Positions 15,654 through 24,139 of a DNA stretch of 32,000 nt are shown piece after piece. A program made the translations under genes and the position numbers. Location of the stretch: the NCBI GenBank assembly GCA_964458125.1, contig CAYWHE010000003.1, positions 4,956-36,955 of the forward strand, in the 5' to 3' direction. Every line of letters begins with the position of its first letter. Within the stretch, counting starts at the first letter, position 1. The notes under the pieces were generated by a model. That model made no database searches, was not told the origin of the DNA, and saw only the letters and a program-made list of their open reading frames with translations. Origin of the DNA: an uncultured Flavobacteriaceae bacterium (GTDB lineage Bacteria; Bacteroidota; Bacteroidia; AKYH767-A; OLB10).

Positions 15654-16556
15654 ATGAAAAATCTATTACTTTCAATGAGTATCATGGCGGCCTTATTTTC
15701 GGCCTGCAAAAAAGAAACGGCTGACGAAGCCACCCCGGCTGGTGATGTCAATGGTCAGAAACAAATTGCCGGTATCAACCAGTTGGTTCCTTCTGTTTTT
15801 ACGAAGAAAGCCTTTATTGAGAGTTTTACCGGGGCCTCTTATAATAAATGCCCGGAAACTGATGCGCTTGTTGAAAACATGATCGTCAATAACCCGAACC
15901 GTGTTGTGGCTGTTGCTGTACATGAAGGCGATAAAATGGAAACCCTGTTTAATCAAACGATTCATTCGGTATTCAACAACGGATCAACTCCAGCCGTACC
16001 TTCGTATATGATTAACCGGATTCCTGTGGCCAACCAGGTTTTCCTGAACAGCCATCAAATGCAGGGATTTACGAATAAGGGATTTAATATGACGGCGACT
16101 TGCGGATTAGCTATTAACTCAACGGTCGCCGGCAGAAAAGTACTGGTAACCGTTCATGCCGGTTTTAACCAGGCCCTGACGGGGAATCATCACCTTTCGG
16201 TCTGCCTGACCGAGAACCAGGTATCCGGTTTGGGAAAAGGTTATGATCAGCTGAATACCTATAATACAGTTCCAAGCAGCACTTATTATAACCAGGGTGA
16301 TCCGATTGTCGGATACAAACACGATCATGTGCTGAGGAAAATGCTGACTGCTGATTTAGGAAACATGATAGACCCTTCAAAACTTACACCCGGAGGTCAT
16401 GAAATTCAGAATTTCCAGGTCGATATACCTTATGACTGGGATCTGAACCGGCTCTATGTAGTGGCTTATATCAACCGGGTAGGGATGAACCCAATCACTC
16501 ATGAAGTGCTGAACGCCCAGACAGCCAAGTTGGGAACTTTGAAAAACTGGGATTAA
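15654..16556 (+). CDS. lipoprotein, paralog 4 of the array; degenerate SYNKCP motif
   Basis: The track ORF starts at 15480 but that stretch reads through the terminator. ATG 15654 gives MKNLLLSMSIMAALFSA/CKKETADE (signal peptide plus lipobox). Family blocks are KAFIESFTGASYNKCPET, VHEGD, VPSYMINR, CGLAI, TVHAGF, GYDQLN, GYKHDHVLRKM, VVAYINR, THEVLNAQ and a KNWD terminus. Confidence 0.85.
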   Translation: MKNLLLSMSIMAALFSACKKETADEATPAGDVNGQKQIAGINQLVPSVFTKKAFIESFTGASYNKCPETDALVENMIVNNPNRVVAVAVHEGDKMETLFNQTIHSVFNNGSTPAVPSYMINRIPVANQVFLNSHQMQGFTNKGFNMTATCGLAINSTVAGRKVLVTVHAGFNQALTGNHHLSVCLTENQVSGLGKGYDQLNTYNTVPSSTYYNQGDPIVGYKHDHVLRKMLTADLGNMIDPSKLTPGGHEIQNFQVDIPYDWDLNRLYVVAYINRVGMNPITHEVLNAQTAKLGTLKNWD

Positions 16557-16579
16557 TTAACTTAACTTAAATCGATGCA

Positions 16580-16620
16580 AAAAGGTGGTTGAAACTAGAA
16601 ACAACCACCTTTTTTATTTT
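16580..16620. terminator. bidirectional rho-independent terminator between convergent paralog 4 and the cyclophilin gene
   Basis: Stem ggtggttg (16584-16591) pairs with caaccacc (16602-16609). It is flanked by an A-run upstream and a T-run downstream (aaaaggtggttg...caaccaccttttttatttttt), so it can terminate both strands. Confidence 0.7.
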
Positions 16621-16680
16621 TTTAAACTTCAATCCTGAAAGATTGCCGGAACAAACTTTTCGGTGCTTTTTCTACTGTCA

Positions 16681-17133
16681 TCAGGACTCTTTTTTTGCGT
16701 CCTCATGAATTTCAATTTTTTCAATTTTGTCCCCGGCCCTGATCATATCGATTACTTCAAGTCCTTCGTTTACCTTCCCGAAGCAGGTATGATTCCGATC
16801 CAGATGGGCTGTATTTTTCCGGCTCAGGCAAATAAAAAACTGTGAGCCTCCCGTATCCCGGCCTGCATGGGCCATAGACAACACACCCCTGTCGTGATAC
16901 TGCTTTTCCCCTGTAAGTTCGCATTTGATATGGTATCCGGGGCCGTCGCTTCCAGTGCCTTTGGGACATCCGCCCTGTATAACAAAATCAGGAATAACCC
17001 GGTGAAAGGTCAGTCCGTCATAGAAGCCCTTTTTGGAAAGGGCTATAAAGTTGTCAACGGTGTTGGGTGCATCCTTTTCGTAAAAGGACACCTGGAGCAT
17101 ACCTTTTGAGGTGTGTATCGTAGCTGTTTTCAT
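16681..17133 (-). CDS. cyclophilin-type peptidyl-prolyl cis-trans isomerase
   Basis: 150 aa with the motifs [42 protein letters not shown] and HTCFGKV. Its ATG overlaps the upstream NUDIX stop in an ATGA overlap at 17130-17133. Confidence 0.9.
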   Translation of the reverse strand: MKTATIHTSKGMLQVSFYEKDAPNTVDNFIALSKKGFYDGLTFHRVIPDFVIQGGCPKGTGSDGPGYHIKCELTGEKQYHDRGVLSMAHAGRDTGGSQFFICLSRKNTAHLDRNHTCFGKVNEGLEVIDMIRAGDKIEKIEIHEDAKKES

Positions 17134-17780
17134 GATTGATCTGGTTCGATGACCGGGTATAGCAGGCTGGTAAATTCACTAAGTATCATAGCGGTTGCTC
17201 CCCATATTTCAATTCCTCCGAGACTGTAACAAGGGGCCAGTACCCGGGTACCACGGGAACTCCTGAATTCTTTTTCCGCCAGATTCTTTTTCCCGTGAAA
17301 TCCGTCCAAAGGTAATTCAATTATCCGTTTCACCTCACCGGAATTAAGCCGAAAAGTTGGTTTTTCCTGTAATACTGTAAAAAATGGATGAACAATAAAA
17401 TTGCTGGGTGGAATATAAACTGCTGTCAACCTGCTCCACACCTGGGCCTCGGCCAGGGAAACACCTATTTCCTCCCGGGTTTCCCGGATGGCTGTCTGAA
17501 GTTCTGTTTCTCCTGGTTCCATTTTGCCTCCCGGCAGGGCAATCTGACCGGCATGCAATCCGGCTTCAGCCCTTTCGATTAAAATAATCATCGACTGGTT
17601 CTGCTGAGGATAAAGCAGCAACATTACACATGCTGTCTTTACTTCCTTATTTGTACCGGAAAAATCCGGCAGACCCGCTTTCCTGCCCTGTGGTGCCAGT
17701 CGCTGATGTGCTTCAACTCCCGGCAGTCCGTAAGCCAGGGATCTGCGTAACTTAAAAATATCGGCTTCAAAGCGGGTCAT
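17130..17780 (-). CDS. NUDIX hydrolase, CoA pyrophosphatase-like
   Basis: 216 aa with Nudix box [23 protein letters not shown], preceded by [17 protein letters not shown] (the R..L..H.GQ..FPGG CoA-pyrophosphatase motif). Confidence 0.75.
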   Translation of the reverse strand: MTRFEADIFKLRRSLAYGLPGVEAHQRLAPQGRKAGLPDFSGTNKEVKTACVMLLLYPQQNQSMIILIERAEAGLHAGQIALPGGKMEPGETELQTAIRETREEIGVSLAEAQVWSRLTAVYIPPSNFIVHPFFTVLQEKPTFRLNSGEVKRIIELPLDGFHGKKNLAEKEFRSSRGTRVLAPCYSLGGIEIWGATAMILSEFTSLLYPVIEPDQS

Positions 17781-17783
17781 GCT

Positions 17784-19568
17784 TTAAACGGCTCCTGCCA
17801 TTTTCTGACCGGCAACGCCTTCCGGATGTTTTCTTTCCCCGATCTGCTGACGCCACATGGCATAATAAAGACCTTTGGAATCCAGCAGGTCCTGATGCTG
17901 TCCTGATTCCACTATCCTCCCCCTTTCCAAAACATATATCTTATCGGCATGCATGATGGTCGACAACCGGTGCGCAATCAGGATGGTAATATGATTCCGG
18001 CTTCCTGAAATTTCCCTCACCGTGGAAGCTATTTCTTCTTCCGTCAGGGAGTCAAGCGAGGAAGTGGCTTCATCAAATACAAGCAGGGCAGGCTTCCGCA
18101 GTAAGGCCCTGGCAATGGAAAGCCGTTGTTTTTCACCTCCGGATACCTTCACTCCCCCTTCCCCGATTACGGTATCCAGACCCTTATCGGCCCGCTCCAA
18201 CAAACTTTTACAGGCAGCCTTTTCCAGCATTTCAATACATTCCTTGTCCGTTGCATCAGGAGCGACAAACAGGAGGTTTTCGCGGATGGTACCTGAAAAC
18301 AACTGGGTGTCCTGGGTGACAAATCCAATCTGGCCTCTCAGTTCATCAAGGTCAACCTGGCTGCTATCGATTGAATTATAAAGAATATGTCCGCTCATCG
18401 GACGATACAACCCGACAAGAAGTTTGACCAGAGTCGTTTTGCCGGATCCTGAGGGCCCGACAAAGGCAATGGTTTCCCCCAGTCCGGTTTCAAATGAAAC
18501 ATCCTGGAGGGCGTTCAACTGGGCACTTTGATGTTTAAAGGTTACCTGGCGAAAGGATAGCCTTGCAATTTCACCTGTTGACCTTGGTTTTATTGGTTTC
18601 GGCTCCAATGGCGTCTTTAAAATATCTTCAAAATTTTTGAGGGACACTTCTGTTTCCCGGTAAATATTGATAATATTTCCCAGTTCCTGGAGCGGTCCGA
18701 AAATAAAAAAGGAATAAATAAAGAGGGAGAAAAACTGACCAAATGTAATTTGCTTATCATAAACCAGGTACATCATAAAAAATAAAAGACCGTTACGCAG
18801 GAGATTTACAAAGGTGCCCTGGATGAAACTCAGGCTCCGGATATATTTTATTTTTTTTAATTCAAGTTTCAGTATTTTCTGTGTTGTACCGTTCAGCCTG
18901 TCAATTTCCTGACGAGCCAGCCCCAGGCTTTTCACCAGTTCAATATTGCGAAGCGACTCGGTTGTACTGCCGGCCAGGGATGTCGTTTCAGCGACGATGA
19001 CCTTTTGAATGGTTTTCACTTTTTTACTTAATGCCGAACTTAAAATACCAAGCAGGGGAATCGTGGAAAAATAAACGATGGCAATGACCGGGCTGACCCT
19101 GATTGCATAAACCGTAACGAAAATGATTCCGACCAGGGAGGTAAACAGGATGTTGATCATGGCCGATATTAACCGTTCCGAATCGGTCCTCACCTTCTGG
19201 AGTTTCCCCAGCGTTTCCCCGCTTCGCTGGTCCTCAAAAACCTGAAAAGGCAATCCCAGGGAATGACCCAAACCATCAGCATAGATACGGGCTCCGACAC
19301 GCTGGGTGATATTATTAACATAATAATCCTGAAAGTTCTTGGCAACCCTTGATACAAAAGCAACGCCCATGGCGGCCAGCAGCAACATACCGGCGCCCTT
19401 CAGAAACTCAGGCCGGTTCCATTTTTCAGGGTCTTTGACAAATTTATCGATGACGACCTGGAAAATGGCCGGATCAAGCAGGGAAAATACCTGGTTAACA
19501 GCGGCCAAAACAAGGGCCAGGCCCACCATGGAGCTGTGCCTTTTAAGGTAGGAAAAAAGTATTTTCAT
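17784..19568 (-). CDS. ABC transporter, fused permease/ATP-binding exporter (MsbA/multidrug-type)
   Basis: The track start 19586 is TTG; ATG 19568 gives MKILFSYLKRH. It has six N-terminal TM segments, Walker A GPSGSGKTT, signature VSGGEKQRLSIARAL and Walker B LLVFDEATSSLD. Confidence 0.85.
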   Translation of the reverse strand: MKILFSYLKRHSSMVGLALVLAAVNQVFSLLDPAIFQVVIDKFVKDPEKWNRPEFLKGAGMLLLAAMGVAFVSRVAKNFQDYYVNNITQRVGARIYADGLGHSLGLPFQVFEDQRSGETLGKLQKVRTDSERLISAMINILFTSLVGIIFVTVYAIRVSPVIAIVYFSTIPLLGILSSALSKKVKTIQKVIVAETTSLAGSTTESLRNIELVKSLGLARQEIDRLNGTTQKILKLELKKIKYIRSLSFIQGTFVNLLRNGLLFFMMYLVYDKQITFGQFFSLFIYSFFIFGPLQELGNIINIYRETEVSLKNFEDILKTPLEPKPIKPRSTGEIARLSFRQVTFKHQSAQLNALQDVSFETGLGETIAFVGPSGSGKTTLVKLLVGLYRPMSGHILYNSIDSSQVDLDELRGQIGFVTQDTQLFSGTIRENLLFVAPDATDKECIEMLEKAACKSLLERADKGLDTVIGEGGVKVSGGEKQRLSIARALLRKPALLVFDEATSSLDSLTEEEIASTVREISGSRNHITILIAHRLSTIMHADKIYVLERGRIVESGQHQDLLDSKGLYYAMWRQQIGERKHPEGVAGQKMAGAV

Positions 19569-19742
19569 AGTATTAAAGGGCTTCAAAGGTATAAATAAAC
19601 CGGTTTAAGCCCGAAGGTTACCGGGACAGAATCTAACAATCATGCTGACCATGAGTTTACTGAAATTATGAATAGGCGGGTTTATAGGCCCTGCCTGTCA
19701 GATTCAGGCAACAAATTCATCCCTGTTTTCGTTTTTTTCACT

Positions 19743-19750
19743 TAATTTTG
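19743..19750 (+). promoter_or_regulatory. candidate -7 box TAATTTTG
   Basis: Matches TAnnTTTG, 31 nt upstream of ATG 19781. No clean -33 TTTG was found. Confidence 0.3.
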
Positions 19751-19780
19751 AGGGCTTAAAAATCTCCAAAAAATATTCCC

Positions 19781-20299
19781 ATGCAAAAACTAATCATTTC
19801 CGGTTTATTCTGTTTTTCCTTAAGCGGCCTGTTCGCACAACATTCCATTCAAATGAAAACGGGTGAAAAAATGAACGGTGAGGTACAGACCATCAAGGAT
19901 GGAAACGTTACCTTTCTTTTTAAAGGCAATCCCATGACATTTAAAATCGGTGAAATCAGCGCCATTTATTTTGAGGAAAGGAATACCACCCAGGCAGGAG
20001 AAATAAAAAGCGCCACCAGTGCGGCCGGAACTAAAGGCGTCAGCTATGTCATGAATGGCCGGAAACTCATCAATCAGCCCAAGGTGGATAACCTGACTCA
20101 GGAAAAGGGTACGGTGGTTGTTTCGATTAATATCGATAAATACGGGCATGTAAAAAAAGCTGAACCGGGCGCCGAAGGTACTACTACTACCAATACTTAT
20201 CTTTTAACCAAAGCCAAACAGGCAGCTGAAAGCGCCCTGTTTGATAATTGTCCCAACTGCCCGCTGGACAGCAAAGGTACCATTACCATTATTTTTTAA
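19781..20299 (+). CDS. hypothetical secreted protein with TonB-C-terminal-like domain
   Basis: 172 aa with signal peptide MQKLIISGLFCFSLSGLFAQ. The C-terminal GTVVVSINIDKYGHVKKAEPGAEGTTT..LLTKAKQAAESALF resembles the TonB_C fold pattern. Confidence 0.55.
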   Translation: MQKLIISGLFCFSLSGLFAQHSIQMKTGEKMNGEVQTIKDGNVTFLFKGNPMTFKIGEISAIYFEERNTTQAGEIKSATSAAGTKGVSYVMNGRKLINQPKVDNLTQEKGTVVVSINIDKYGHVKKAEPGAEGTTTTNTYLLTKAKQAAESALFDNCPNCPLDSKGTITIIF

Positions 20300-20427
20300 T
20301 AAAGGGGTTCCGCTGATGTAACGGGATAAAAGCGGTCAAGCATAGGAGGATACAGGTCTTCAGGAGTTTCCCTGCCTGAAATACGATTCATTTTAATGGA
20401 AATTCAGAAAATAGTACCGTATGCTCC

Positions 20428-21294
20428 TTACAACCTGTCCAGTACCAATTGAATCAATTGCCGCATGCTTTCTTCGGCTTTATTGGCATATTGTTGCACC
20501 ATCCTGTTGGCCACGATCACATTCACCGAACAGCACTGATGTCCAAGAATTTTTGATAATCCATACATGGCACCGGTTTCCATTTCAAAATTGGTAATCC
20601 GGTGACCCTTAAATTGAAAGGAGCTGAGTTTATCTAACATATCGGGCCTGGACAGTTCACCGCGCAAAACCCGTCCCTGGGGAGCATAAAATCCGGAACA
20701 GGAGCAGGTAATCCCTTTAAACATTCCTGCCGAAAGTCTTTCTTTCAAAACTGGCGAGGAGCCGGCAATATAGGATTCGGGGAAAATTCCCAGGTTTGGA
20801 TAATGCTCGCGGAAAGCATCCCCGATGGCCTTTTCTTCGTCTGTATTGCGAAGGCGGTAGAAATTCAACAGGCCGTCAAGTCCGATTCCAAAGGTGGAAA
20901 AAACAAATGAATCGACAGGTATGTCTGCCTGTAAAGCGCCCGAAGTTCCGATGCGGATGAGATTCAGGGAACGTAGTTTTTCCCTGGGCAACCGCTTCAC
21001 CAGGTCAATATTGACGAGGGCATCCAGCTCATTATATACGATGTCAATATTATCAGTTCCGATTCCGGTTGATAAAACGGTTATTCTTTTGCCCTTATAC
21101 ACACCGGTATGGGTGATGAATTCACGTTTTTGTTTTTTAAATTCCACATGATCAAAAAAAGAGGAAACGATGGCCACCCGGTCCGGATCCCCTACATTAA
21201 TAATGTGGTCTGCAATTTCATGCGGATGCAGATTCAGATGGTAAACGCTGCCATCCTTGTTCAGGATCAGTTCGGACTCCGGAATCGGTTTCAT
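20428..21294 (-). CDS. nucleoside phosphorylase (PNP/UDP family, uridine-phosphorylase-like)
   Basis: 288 aa with the motifs VYHLNLHPHEIADHIINVGDPDRV, RIGTSGAL and NFEMETGAMYGL. Confidence 0.8.
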   Translation of the reverse strand: MKPIPESELILNKDGSVYHLNLHPHEIADHIINVGDPDRVAIVSSFFDHVEFKKQKREFITHTGVYKGKRITVLSTGIGTDNIDIVYNELDALVNIDLVKRLPREKLRSLNLIRIGTSGALQADIPVDSFVFSTFGIGLDGLLNFYRLRNTDEEKAIGDAFREHYPNLGIFPESYIAGSSPVLKERLSAGMFKGITCSCSGFYAPQGRVLRGELSRPDMLDKLSSFQFKGHRITNFEMETGAMYGLSKILGHQCCSVNVIVANRMVQQYANKAEESMRQLIQLVLDRL

Positions 21295-21385
21295 ATGAAG
21301 AGGCGTTTAAGGAATTGAATGAACAAAGGTAAAATAAGGTAATCAATAAAAACGTTTGAATCGATTAATACAAAATAAAATCTGC

Positions 21386-21393
21386 TAATTTTG
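21386..21393 (+). promoter_or_regulatory. candidate -7 box TAATTTTG
   Basis: Matches TAnnTTTG, 22 nt upstream of ATG 21415. Confidence 0.3.
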
Positions 21394-21414
21394 CCCTGAA
21401 TTATTTCCAAGACT

Positions 21415-22296
21415 ATGCCGACCTATAATAATCATATTTTAGTACCCATTGATTTTTCAGAGCAATCCATCATTGCCCTGAAACAGTCCTTCAACATTGC
21501 CAGGTTCAGTAAATCCGCCATTACCCTGGTCCATATCATGGATGAGGACACCCTGAATCCGGTATCCGCTTTTTTCGGCGGGAAACAGGACCTCGAAGAA
21601 CAGTATAAGCAGGATGTTAAAAACCGGTTGAAGAAACTTGCAGAGGAAACTGAAAAGGAGGCCCATATAAAGGTGGATACCAGAATTGTAAAGGGCAAAA
21701 TTTATGATGAAATTGTGCAGATTGCCAGGGAAATCAATGCCGTTTTTATCATTATGGGTACCAATGGTGCGATTGGCTTTAAAAAGAAATTTATCGGATC
21801 CAATGCGCTGAGGGTCATCCATGAAGCACCATGCCCGGTTATTACCATCAAAGGCAGGGAACATCACCAGGGATGCAAAACCATTGTTTTACCGCTCGAT
21901 GTTTCAAGGGAGACAAAGGAAAAAGTAAACAAAGCCATTGAACTGGCCCGGTTCTTTGGTTCATCGATTAAAATCGTGACCGTATCAGATACTCAGGATG
22001 AGTTCATTCTGAACCGTTTACAAAGACAAATGAACCAGGTCCAGGATTTTATAAAGGATGCCGGCGTGAGCTGTTCCGCTGATTTTATCATCGGGGACAA
22101 TATTGCACGGGAAGTAATCGAATTCGCCAGAAAATATCAGGCTGACCTGATTATGATTATGACCCAGCAGGAGATGATCTGGACAGAATATTTCCTCGGT
22201 TCTGCACCACAGGAAATCATCAATAATTCCGAAATACCGGTTTTAAGTATCCGCCCGGTTGAAAAAAGGGACCTTACCGAGTATGTCGTTCAATAG
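21415..22296 (+). CDS. universal stress protein, tandem USP domains
   Basis: 293 aa containing two USP-like halves: ILVPIDFSEQS..LVHI..IIMGTNG..GSNALRVIHEAPCPVITI and IVLPLDVS..LIMIMTQQ..GSAPQEIINNSEIPVLSI. Confidence 0.85.
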   Translation: MPTYNNHILVPIDFSEQSIIALKQSFNIARFSKSAITLVHIMDEDTLNPVSAFFGGKQDLEEQYKQDVKNRLKKLAEETEKEAHIKVDTRIVKGKIYDEIVQIAREINAVFIIMGTNGAIGFKKKFIGSNALRVIHEAPCPVITIKGREHHQGCKTIVLPLDVSRETKEKVNKAIELARFFGSSIKIVTVSDTQDEFILNRLQRQMNQVQDFIKDAGVSCSADFIIGDNIAREVIEFARKYQADLIMIMTQQEMIWTEYFLGSAPQEIINNSEIPVLSIRPVEKRDLTEYVVQ

Positions 22297-22311
22297 TTAA
22301 AAACAATCCTA

Positions 22312-23196
22312 ATGAGCCAGAAGAATTTTGAAATCAAAAAAATACTAATTCCTTATGACTTCTCGGAAACAGCTGCGCTGAGTCTGGAACATGCCGTATT
22401 TATGGCCAAACTGCTGAAGGCTGAAATCCTCCTGCTCCATATCGTGGAAACGGTTACGTTTACTTCGGCCATCAGTCATGCCCTGTCTGGTTTTGAAAAG
22501 AAAATTGAAAATACAAGCAATCAAAAACTGGAAGAAATCGCGCAGGAAATACATAATCATTCCGGTATCCATGTTACAGTACTTACCGAAGTGGGCAGGA
22601 TTTATAAAAAGATTGTAACCATTGCACGGGAAAAAAAGGCAGATATCATCATCATGGGCACCCATGGGGTTAGCGGTTATCAAAAATTCAGCGTTGGCAG
22701 CAATACCTCCCGGGTGGTGGAATCAGCGCCTTGCCCGGTCATTTCTGTTCAGACCCATGCCAAGAATATCGGGTTTAAAAAAATCATCCTGCCGATTGAC
22801 GACACCCCAACTTCCAGGCAAAAAGTTAATGATGCAGCCGTTATGGCCCAGCTATACAATGCTCATGTTTATATCGTCGGACTGATCAACTTTAACAGCG
22901 AAGATCTGAAGCGAAAATTCAGAATCAAGGTGGAACAGGTTGAGGAATTCATGGCTAAACAGGACATCAGTTATGAGTCTCGCTTTATACAAGGGGATAA
23001 TCTGGCCAAAATGACCATGGCCGTTGCTGAAGAAATTGATGCCGACCTGGTCATCATCATGACAGAACAGGAACCCAGCATCACCGGATTTTTTATGGGA
23101 ACATATGCTTCCCAGGTCGTCAATCACTCCAAAATACCGGTCATGAGCGTTCGTCCGGCAGAAATTGATCCGGATAAAATCACCGTCACGTTTTAA
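22312..23196 (+). CDS. universal stress protein, tandem USP domains (paralog of the upstream gene)
   Basis: 294 aa with the same two-half architecture: ILIPYDFSETA..LLHI..IIMGTHG..GSNTSRVVESAPCPVISV and IILPIDD..VIIMTEQ..GTYASQVVNHSKIPVMSV. It begins 15 nt after the previous stop. Confidence 0.85.
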   Translation: MSQKNFEIKKILIPYDFSETAALSLEHAVFMAKLLKAEILLLHIVETVTFTSAISHALSGFEKKIENTSNQKLEEIAQEIHNHSGIHVTVLTEVGRIYKKIVTIAREKKADIIIMGTHGVSGYQKFSVGSNTSRVVESAPCPVISVQTHAKNIGFKKIILPIDDTPTSRQKVNDAAVMAQLYNAHVYIVGLINFNSEDLKRKFRIKVEQVEEFMAKQDISYESRFIQGDNLAKMTMAVAEEIDADLVIIMTEQEPSITGFFMGTYASQVVNHSKIPVMSVRPAEIDPDKITVTF

Positions 23197-23275
23197 GATA
23201 ACCTTATCCTGGCTGGAATAGTCAGGTAAATTCAAAAATATCCTGAATCAATTTTTTAAGTAAAAAGTCGGTTTG

Positions 23276-24139
23276 TCAGCTGACCGGAATTTCGGCGCTG
23301 AATTTTCTTTCTTTCAGATTAAAGCAGTTGCCCTTGGTCAGCACATGCACAATCAGGTTTTCAATAGAAATCGGGGAACCTTCTTTCAGATCGGCAATAT
23401 TGCTGTGCCTGATGTTGTAGCCGTCAAAAATAATCACCAGGCCTGAGCCAATGACCTCCAGGTTATTGGCCCCGGTCACCAGAACTCCTGTATCTTCTCC
23501 AAGGCCAAGGCCTATGCAACTTGGATTACTGGCGACCGATTGTGCCAGGCGGCCAAAACGACCCCGTTTATCAAAATGGGAATCAATAATGACGTCTTTT
23601 ATGAAGGCCAGTCCTGTTGTAATTTTGACCTCCCCTTTTATCAGGGCTCCAGAACTGCTGCCCTGGTAAATCATGGTATTGCTCATGGCCATGGCCCCCG
23701 CACTGGTACCGGCAATGAGCAGTTTTTCGTTCCAATAACGATCCGCAAGTACCCGGAGTATTTCCGTCCCGCCAAAAAAGGTGCTCAGTCTCAATTGGTT
23801 ACCACCGGTAAACATAACAGCATCGCAGGATTTAATCCGGTCCAGATACTCTTTTTTTACCGCATCTTCCCGGTTCTTTATATCGATGGTCCGGACGTTA
23901 TTACATCCCAGTTTACCGAAGGCCATGAGGTAATTCCCTCCAACCTCCTTTGGTATGGAAGAAGCGCTTGTAATGACCTCTATAGAGGCATCCTTCCCCC
24001 CCGCTTCATGCACAATCCGGCTCAGGATCTGTAATTCAAAAAAATTCAGGTTATTCTTCTGTTCAAAATTGGGTTCGGCTTCAGTTCCTTTATCTTCATT
24101 TCCGCCAATAGCAATTAATTTTCCGTTTGGTACATTCAT
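23276..24139 (-). CDS. cyanophycinase (peptidase S51)
   Basis: The track start 24148 is TTG; ATG 24139 gives MNVPNGKLIAIGGNEDKG. Motifs are FTGGNQ and the nucleophile motif IAGTSAGAMAMS. No signal peptide is apparent. Confidence 0.8.
   Translation of the reverse strand: MNVPNGKLIAIGGNEDKGTEAEPNFEQKNNLNFFELQILSRIVHEAGGKDASIEVITSASSIPKEVGGNYLMAFGKLGCNNVRTIDIKNREDAVKKEYLDRIKSCDAVMFTGGNQLRLSTFFGGTEILRVLADRYWNEKLLIAGTSAGAMAMSNTMIYQGSSSGALIKGEVKITTGLAFIKDVIIDSHFDKRGRFGRLAQSVASNPSCIGLGLGEDTGVLVTGANNLEVIGSGLVIIFDGYNIRHSNIADLKEGSPISIENLIVHVLTKGNCFNLKERKFSAEIPVS

Noticed and set aside
12192-15965. Antisense ORFs overlap the 5' part of every array paralog (12192-12572, 13323-13622, 14348-14749, 15693-15965). 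Two of them share a similar peptide (QAPVNCSISTFWLK / QAPVNSSSKTFGLK), which could look like a conserved overlapping gene family.
   Set aside because: The shared peptide is simply the reverse-complement reading of the conserved sense motif KVL.E.FTGAW. The antisense ORFs have no signal or family features and run through sense-strand start regions. The conservation is fully explained by the sense genes.
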